Assembly (NCBI GenBank): GCA_022563395.1
Contig: JADFNM010000001.1
Span: 526,342-590,341 of the forward strand
Origin: Patescibacteria group bacterium
GTDB lineage: Bacteria; Patescibacteriota; Minisyncoccia; Minisyncoccales; UBA10102
Direction of reading: 5' to 3'
DNA: 64,000 nt
Made by a program: the position numbers and the translations under genes
The notes under the pieces: model-generated
What the model saw: the letters and a program-made list of their open reading frames with translations, nothing else
Told to the model about the DNA's origin: nothing
The model's database searches: none
Shown here: piece by piece, positions 57,970-64,000 of the stretch
Numbering within the stretch: position 1 is the stretch's first letter
How the letters are laid out: each line of letters begins with the position of its first letter

Positions 57970-60066
57970 TTATACTGATTTTTTCTTTTTTTGCAAACCA
58001 GAACACCCTTTATTAGAGCACTTAATTGTGTCTTTTGTGCCTTGTACCAGCAAACTTCCACAGTTTTTGCATATTTCTCCCGTGGGTTTGTACCATAGGG
58101 CATAATCGCAGTCAGGATACTGATTACAGGCATAGAATATCTTGCCTCGACGAGTTCGTTTTTCCACTAATTCACCCTTCTTACACTTGGGACAAATAAT
58201 GTCTAGAGACCTTGGTTTGTTCTTTTCTAAGGGCTCCGTGTGCCGGCATTCAGGGAACTTAGAGCAGGCATAGAACTTGCCGTACCTACCAAAACGTATC
58301 ACTATAGGGGCTCCACACTCTGGGCAGTCCTTGTCTTTAACAACTTCCACCAGGTCTTTTTTTTGAACCTCCTCATACTTTTTTTGAAGGTTCACGTCAA
58401 AGGGCTTGTAGAATTCTTGTAGCATGGGAACCCAGTCTTTTTTTCCCTCTGCAATATCGTCTAAGCCCTCTTCCATATTTGCAGTAAACTTTAGGTCCAC
58501 GATGTCGGGGAAATGTTGCATTAAGAGATCGTTAACTGTAGTTCCAAGCTCGGTGGGAAACAGTCTTCTTTTCTCGTCTTTTTCCACATATCCTCTTTCT
58601 TGAATGGTAGAGAGAGTAGGAGCGTAGGTTGAGGGTCTTCCGATGCCGTGTTCTTCCAAGATTTTAATTAAAGAGGCCTCCGTGTATCTTGCAGGGGGTT
58701 GGGTGAAGTGCTGCAAGGAAAGCAGTTCTTTTAAAGAAAGGATATCTCCTTTTTGCATTGTGGGGAGGTCTGCTTCCTCAAACTTCATTTCATATACCTT
58801 AAGATATCCTTCAAATTTCAACATCTGTCCTGTTACGCGAAAGATGTAATTACCCCCTCCAGAGGCGGGTCCGCCTTTGGCAGAAGCCAGAATATCTATA
58901 CTGGTAGCATCTACCAGCGCAGAAGACATTTGAGAAGCAATGAACCTTTGCCAAACAAGTTCATACAGTTTTAACTTGGGGCCCACGAGACCCGAGGATT
59001 CAAGAGTTGCAAAGGCGGGCTTGCCCGTCGAAGCCTTGGCGAAGGCGGGGCGTATTGCTTCATGCGCTTCTTGGGCACCCCGGGATTTGGTTTTGAAGGT
59101 TCTCTGAAAGCCTGGCCAGTAATTTTTACCGTAGGTTTTCTGGATAAACGCTTTTGCAGAACTCAAAGAAAGTTGGGATAGATTCAAAGAGTCTGTTCTA
59201 TGATAGGTAATGAGTCCTTGCTCGTATAACTGCTGGGCAAGCTGCATGGTAAACTTTGCTGGGAAATGGAACTTTTGTCCCGCGGCCTGTTGCAGTGTGG
59301 AGGTGGTAAAAGGAGGCAGGGGATTTCGTTTCACTTCTTTTCGCTCAACTTCCTGGACCTTGTATTCTGCTTTTTTGAGATCCTTTAAAATTGCATCTGC
59401 TTCTTTCTTGTCTTGGATGCCGAGCTTTTCGAAGATTTTTTCTCCTCTTTTTTGCAATATGGCTCTGAACACTTTCTTTTCTTTTTGAAGGTCAGCTTCA
59501 ATGCTCCAATATTCTTGCGCCTTGAATTTTTTAATTTCCTGTTCTCGGTCAGCTAAAATTCTGACTGCAACAGACTGTACCCTTCCGGCTGATAATCCTC
59601 TTGAAACCTTTTTCCAAAGAAAAGGAGAAAGTTTGTATCCTACCAGTCTATCTAATATTCTCCTTGCCTGCTGGGCATTTACTCGGTCTTCATCAATTTT
59701 CCGCGGGTTTTTTAGTGCTTCCTGAATGGCGGGTTTGGTAATCTCATGGAACACAATACGTTCTGGCTCTTTTAACTCCAGGATTTCAGCCAAATGCCAG
59801 GCAATGGCTTCACCTTCTCGGTCTTCATCTGTTGCCAGGATTACCTTTTTTGCCTTCTTTGCAGCATTTTTTAAAGAGGTGACTGTCTTTCTTGCCTTGG
59901 TGGGGATGACATAGGTTGGCTCAAAGTCTTTTTCAACATCAATGCCAAGCTTCCCTTTTGGAAGGTCTCTTATGTGTCCAAACGAAGACTGCACGTTATA
60001 TTCTTTTCCCAAGAAGCCCTCCAAGGTTCTCGCTTTTGTTGGTGATTCTACTATGACAAGGCGCAT
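57970..60066 (-). CDS. topA: DNA topoisomerase I
   Basis: 698 aa. Toprim MRLVIVESPTKA...DEDREGE, active-site region TYHRTDS, and C-terminal Cys4 zinc ribbons (CPECG..C, CPKC..C, C.NCG..C). Confidence 0.95.
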   Translation of the reverse strand: MRLVIVESPTKARTLEGFLGKEYNVQSSFGHIRDLPKGKLGIDVEKDFEPTYVIPTKARKTVTSLKNAAKKAKKVILATDEDREGEAIAWHLAEILELKEPERIVFHEITKPAIQEALKNPRKIDEDRVNAQQARRILDRLVGYKLSPFLWKKVSRGLSAGRVQSVAVRILADREQEIKKFKAQEYWSIEADLQKEKKVFRAILQKRGEKIFEKLGIQDKKEADAILKDLKKAEYKVQEVERKEVKRNPLPPFTTSTLQQAAGQKFHFPAKFTMQLAQQLYEQGLITYHRTDSLNLSQLSLSSAKAFIQKTYGKNYWPGFQRTFKTKSRGAQEAHEAIRPAFAKASTGKPAFATLESSGLVGPKLKLYELVWQRFIASQMSSALVDATSIDILASAKGGPASGGGNYIFRVTGQMLKFEGYLKVYEMKFEEADLPTMQKGDILSLKELLSLQHFTQPPARYTEASLIKILEEHGIGRPSTYAPTLSTIQERGYVEKDEKRRLFPTELGTTVNDLLMQHFPDIVDLKFTANMEEGLDDIAEGKKDWVPMLQEFYKPFDVNLQKKYEEVQKKDLVEVVKDKDCPECGAPIVIRFGRYGKFYACSKFPECRHTEPLEKNKPRSLDIICPKCKKGELVEKRTRRGKIFYACNQYPDCDYALWYKPTGEICKNCGSLLVQGTKDTIKCSNKGCSGLQKKKKSV
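58985..59055. repeat. F2 GC-rich repeat copy, in frame within topA
   Basis: The plus-strand text contains GCGAAGGCGGG (59039-59049). On the coding strand it encodes PAFAKASTGKPAFATLESSG, just after the conserved EAHEAIRP. Confidence 0.6.
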
Positions 60067-60201
60067 AATGGTTTTAGTATAGTATCATTTTATCCTTGTT
60101 GACAAATCAGAGGGTTCTCGGTAAGCTTCAACCAGTTTTGGTTCGTTGTCAACTGAATACAGAAAGGGAAGCTTCGAAAAGAACATTCTGGAGGTGCAAC
60201 G

Positions 60202-61395
60202 ATGACCCAAAAGACTATTGAACGGCGGTCATGGCTGCCCGAAGGAAAACAAAATCTCTTTCAGGCAGTCAAGGCCAAGCGGGCCGAGGCTGAAGCGCGC
60301 GGGATTAAGGTGTTGAACCTTGCCATTGGGCAGCCCACGGGTCCTGCGTTTTTGGTTGCTAGGATGGTGGCGGCCCAGGCGGTGATGAGCAAGGAAGAGT
60401 CCATGCACGAGTACCAAGACAACGGAAGTCCTGGTGTGCCGGACTTTGCCAGGAAGTTTGTTCAGCTCCACGTCAAGCGAGATCTAGGCGGAGAGGACGT
60501 CACGTTCCTTCCAATCCCTGGTATCAAACCCATGCTTGGGCTCATTCCATTGGCATGCGGCGCTGCCGGACGCGATATCAATGTGGGCACCATGACCAGA
60601 CCTGGGTACCCAACGCCTGCTGACTGGTGTTCCTACCTTGGTGTGGAAACTACGCAGCTTCTCCTGACTCCCGAGAACGAGTTTCGGTTCGCTTCCGAGG
60701 ACATCACAGCGGAGCTCTTGATGCTCAACTATCCGCATAACCCGTCAGGGCAGGTGGCGACCCGCGAGTGGTGGCAGGAGATCTGCGCCTCTTGTCAGAA
60801 GAACGGTATACGCATCTTCAACGATGCTGCATACGCCATGCTGGCCCACACCAAGGAAGCGTGCACGCTCTCTGAGGTGGCGCCTGACTACCCGGACCTT
60901 TCGTGGGCGGAGGCGTTCTCTGCTTCCAAGGCAATCGGCAACGGCACGGGGTGGCGAGTTGGGGCCATCGCGGGGTCCCCGGATTTTGTTAAGGATATTG
61001 CCACCATCAAGGGGAATACAGATAGCGGGTTTGTGGCCCCTATGGCAGCGGGCGCGCTGGCCGCCCTTCAAGACGGCATGGCGAGCGTGGTCTCGGTTCG
61101 TGAGACCTATGCCAGACGTATCTCTCTGCTCATCTCCGCACTCAAAGCACAGGGCATGGAGCTGGCGGTGCAGCCAGGAGCCGGGTTCTTCACTCTATGG
61201 AAAGTGCCCAAGATAGCGTTCGGAGAACCGGTGCTGGATGCAGAACAGTTCAACTTCCACATGATCGAGGAGACAGGCGTCACCGGAGTGCACTTCAACC
61301 CCGACTATATCCGCTATGCGGTGTGCGGGGATGTGGAGGCGATGCTCCCCGACATCGTGAGGGGATTCCAAAAGGCCGCTGTTTCCTACGAGTAG
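60202..61395 (+). CDS. PLP-dependent aminotransferase, class I/II (DapL/AspC-like)
   Basis: 397 aa. Motifs LNYPHNPSG, the PLP-lysine context FSASKAIG, and RVG. GC-rich with the SD GGAGGT. Confidence 0.8.
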   Translation: MTQKTIERRSWLPEGKQNLFQAVKAKRAEAEARGIKVLNLAIGQPTGPAFLVARMVAAQAVMSKEESMHEYQDNGSPGVPDFARKFVQLHVKRDLGGEDVTFLPIPGIKPMLGLIPLACGAAGRDINVGTMTRPGYPTPADWCSYLGVETTQLLLTPENEFRFASEDITAELLMLNYPHNPSGQVATREWWQEICASCQKNGIRIFNDAAYAMLAHTKEACTLSEVAPDYPDLSWAEAFSASKAIGNGTGWRVGAIAGSPDFVKDIATIKGNTDSGFVAPMAAGALAALQDGMASVVSVRETYARRISLLISALKAQGMELAVQPGAGFFTLWKVPKIAFGEPVLDAEQFNFHMIEETGVTGVHFNPDYIRYAVCGDVEAMLPDIVRGFQKAAVSYE

Positions 61396-61439
61396 CACAC
61401 TCGTCGGCACGGCTATCGACACAATGGGCAACCAGCGTA

Positions 61440-63404
61440 CTACGTTGGCTGCCCTTTTCTTTTGAGTTTTTCTACCGCATCACTCAACATTTGGCAATAT
61501 AAGTTTAAACCGACGGCGTTCATGTTGCCGGATTGTTCCTTTCCCAGAATGTTTCCTGCTCCTCTAATCTCCATGTCCCGCAGGGCAATCTTGTACCCAG
61601 AACCAAGCTCTCCTGCCTCTTTTAAAGCTTGCAATCTGAGCTTTGCCTTGTCTGTGAGTTTTGCGCCGTGCAGGAAGTAAGCAAAAGATTCTGTGTGTGA
61701 CCTTCCAATGCGTCCCCTAATCTGGTAGGCCTGGGAAAGCCCCAACTTTGTTGCGTCTTCCACAATTAAGGTATTCACATTGGGAAGATCCAGCCCATTT
61801 TCAATAATGGTGGTGGCAAGCAGAATATCATATTTCCTTTGCTGGAAATCCTCCATGACGCGTACCATTTCTTTTTCTGGAAGCCTGCCGTGTATAATTC
61901 CAATCTTTGCTTTGGGCAGAAGCTTTTGCAAAGCTTTCTTTACCATGCCAATGGTCCCAACCCGGTTGTGGAGGTAATAGACCTGCCCGCCTCGCTTAAG
62001 CTCTCTTTCTATTGCTTCTTTTACGATCTTGCTGTTCCTTTTTTGCACAGACATTTGAACCGGAAACCTTCCCTCGGGGGGCGTCTGTACCATACTCATA
62101 CCTTTCAAAGAAGACAAAGACATATACAGGGTTCTTGGGATGGGGGTTGCAGAAAGGGAGAGTACGTCCAGAGAAGTTCTAAGTTCTCGCAGCTTTTCTT
62201 TTTGCTTCACCCCAAATCTTTGCTCGTCGTCAATGATAAGAAGGCCGAGGTTTTTGAACTTCACGTCCGAGGAAAGAAGCCGGTGAGTCCCAACAATAAT
62301 GTCTACCTTCCCCTCCTGTATTTCCTGCAGAATCTCTTCTTGTTCTTTTTTTGTTTGCAGGCGCGAGAGCAACTGCACTTTTAAGGGAAGATCTTTTAAA
62401 CGTTCTTTGAAGTTCTGGAAATGTTGGTGAGCCAAAATGGTGGTAGGGGAAAGCATTGCTGCTTGGTACCCTTGTTCTGTTGCATGGACCATGGTGCGCA
62501 AGGCAATCTCTGTTTTGCCAAACCCTACGTCTCCCAATACGATTCTGTCCATGGGTTCTTCTTTTGAGAGGTCTTGCTCAATATCCTTTAGTGCTTGGAG
62601 CTGGTCTGGCGTTTCTTGGTAGGGGAAAGAAGACGCCACCCTGCGCGAAAGTTCGTCTGGAGGATTGTAGGAAGGCCTTAAAGAAACCTCCCTTGCGGCA
62701 TACAGCTCTAAGAGTTCTCTTGCGAGTTTCTCTACCTCTTCTCTGATTCTTCGTTTGGTCTTTATCCAAAAAGGAGAACCCAGACGGGATACCTTGGGTT
62801 CTCTGAAGCCAACATATCTTGAGAGCTTTTTTTCCAATCCTTTGGGCAAAAAGAGCTTGTCTCCTGCTGCATATTCAAGAATATAGTAGGGCTGTTCTCG
62901 TATTTCTGTAATGCCTGTGAACTTTGCTACCCCATGGTCTAGGTGCACCACGTACTCATTTTCTTTAAGTCCGGTAATGTCTGAAAATGCCCTTTGGGAC
63001 TGGAGGCGCTTTTTGAGAACTGCGAGGGAAGATTTTTCCTCTGTGGTAACGGGAAGTTCTTCTATCTCTTCAATCTTGTTTCCTATAAACTCAATTCGCA
63101 GGGCATTCTTTCTGCTTAAAGGGAATACCTCTACGGTTCCACCCTGGTGTGAAAACTCTCCGGGATCTCTAACCCCAAACACCTTCTCATATCCCAGTTC
63201 GTCCAACCGCCTCAAAAGGGGGGTCAGACCCCCCTTTGAGCCTTGTTCTAGGAGCAGGGTGTTTTCCTGGAAAAAGGGTTGGGTCTGTCGTGCCTTGAGA
63301 ATGCGAGAAAAGTTTTCTTCAAACCAAAGCCACCCCTTTTCTACAAAGTATGGGGTGATAGCTACTATTAATACTCTATTGATTGATTTGGATGTTAGTG
63401 GCAT
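61440..63404 (-). CDS. mfd: Transcription-repair coupling factor Mfd (shortened form)
   Basis: 654 aa from ATG 63404 (a GTG at 63464 is possible). RNAP-interacting domain EYVVHLDHGVAKFTGI, SF2 helicase motifs GDVGFGKTE, DDEQRFG, SATPIPRT, and the TRG region. The protein ends soon after the translocase module, so there is no D7. Confidence 0.85.
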   Translation of the reverse strand: MPLTSKSINRVLIVAITPYFVEKGWLWFEENFSRILKARQTQPFFQENTLLLEQGSKGGLTPLLRRLDELGYEKVFGVRDPGEFSHQGGTVEVFPLSRKNALRIEFIGNKIEEIEELPVTTEEKSSLAVLKKRLQSQRAFSDITGLKENEYVVHLDHGVAKFTGITEIREQPYYILEYAAGDKLFLPKGLEKKLSRYVGFREPKVSRLGSPFWIKTKRRIREEVEKLARELLELYAAREVSLRPSYNPPDELSRRVASSFPYQETPDQLQALKDIEQDLSKEEPMDRIVLGDVGFGKTEIALRTMVHATEQGYQAAMLSPTTILAHQHFQNFKERLKDLPLKVQLLSRLQTKKEQEEILQEIQEGKVDIIVGTHRLLSSDVKFKNLGLLIIDDEQRFGVKQKEKLRELRTSLDVLSLSATPIPRTLYMSLSSLKGMSMVQTPPEGRFPVQMSVQKRNSKIVKEAIERELKRGGQVYYLHNRVGTIGMVKKALQKLLPKAKIGIIHGRLPEKEMVRVMEDFQQRKYDILLATTIIENGLDLPNVNTLIVEDATKLGLSQAYQIRGRIGRSHTESFAYFLHGAKLTDKAKLRLQALKEAGELGSGYKIALRDMEIRGAGNILGKEQSGNMNAVGLNLYCQMLSDAVEKLKRKGQPT

Positions 63405-63537
63405 CCGTACCATGTATAACAAAAACCCCCATATTTTCATAGAGGGGCTGGTTGACAATCCCACACATCTCTAGTGTAATAAAAGAGCAAGGGAAGTCAA
63501 TTGCACCTTGAAAATCACAACGGAAAGGAGGAAAGGC

Positions 63538-64000
63538 ATGAGCAACAGAATACTTGTTTTCAGTGGATCCAACTCTCCCCGCGTACGCCGAGCCTTCCTC
63601 CTTATTGCTGCAATTGCAAAAACGCAATGGGAGATAATAGGAGAAAGCTTCTACGTCTGGGTGGGAGACGATACGAGAACATCAGTGAAACAGCTTGCAG
63701 ACCAGTTCCAACTACAAAGTAGACTGCCAAGCAGAAAAACAGAACAGGGAGGCACAGCCCTTCAGCTTTTGCCGACTCCTGAGCAACGAAAGCTTTCGTT
63801 CAATCTTGACCACCCAGTTTCTCTAGCAATTCCTGTCGCAAAAGAAACAAGAAGGAGGAAAGTCCATTCTTATCTTGGCAAACCAATTCCCATTAAGTCT
63901 CTTCTGGAGGAGGAGAAAAGAGGAAGGAGCAAGAAGCTATCTGATGGCGACTTGCGTAAATCTCTGCGAAAACGTGGGCTTGAGGGAACTGCTAAACATT
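63538..64000 (+). CDS. Hypothetical protein, 5' partial view (runs off the window)
   Basis: Hand translation from ATG 63538 (MSNRILVFSGSNSPRVRRAFLLIAAIAK...) stays open to position 64000. A strong SD AAAGGAGGAAAGG lies directly upstream. It is absent from the ORF track because no stop lies in the window. Confidence 0.55.
   Translation, partial: MSNRILVFSGSNSPRVRRAFLLIAAIAKTQWEIIGESFYVWVGDDTRTSVKQLADQFQLQSRLPSRKTEQGGTALQLLPTPEQRKLSFNLDHPVSLAIPVAKETRRRKVHSYLGKPIPIKSLLEEEKRGRSKKLSDGDLRKSLRKRGLEGTAKH

Noticed and set aside
61839-63474. Plus-strand ORFs of 181 and 187 aa (61839-62384, 62911-63474)
   Set aside because: They are antisense to mfd, which has unambiguous SF2 helicase motifs.

Overview
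The window is a gene-dense (about 90% coding) bacterial chromosome segment dominated by housekeeping genes. These include rpsT, uvrB, ruvA, pyrD, argG, greA, polX, rplT-rpmI-infC, smpB plus tmRNA, argS, ileS, recO, glyQS, rsmI, metG, tatD, leuS, glmS, tsaC, glyA, folD, topA and mfd. RNA genes are tRNA-Arg(CCG), tRNA-Leu(CAA) and a one-piece tmRNA. I found no rRNA, CRISPR array, transposase, integrase or prophage genes. The content suggests a small-genome, CPR/Patescibacteria-like organism: truncated RecO and Mfd, a TM-anchored short Mur ligase, large surface proteins and few biosynthetic genes. That taxonomic reading is inference only.

The most unusual signal is two families of short interspersed repeats.
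- R1 is an AT-rich nested palindrome with at least 14 copies.
- F2 is a GC-rich hairpin-forming element sharing the core GCGAAGGCGGG.
- Both occur in intergenic regions and also in frame inside essential genes (Mur ligase, ArgS, IleS, LeuS, TatD, TopA). There they encode short peptide insertions, and in some cases donate stop codons or Shine-Dalgarno sequences. This behaviour resembles the Rickettsia palindromic elements.

Other points worth a second look:
- Many genes have an extended -10 box 5-10 nt upstream of the ATG (apparently leaderless), while the compositionally GC-rich genes carry strong SD sequences.
- Three structured non-coding regions of unassigned class lie at 10261-10404, 38715-39008 and 50720-50962.
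- An attenuator-like leader lies at 40567-40739.
- An AT-rich two-gene island (AlaDH/CEOS-like dehydrogenase plus full-length MurE) sits next to a HisG-like::AsnC fusion regulator.
- The glmS-GNAT-HAD-anomeric kinase-nucleotidyltransferase cluster could be a GlmM/GlmU-independent or salvage route to UDP-HexNAc.

All functional calls come from reading motifs in the supplied translations. No database search was run.
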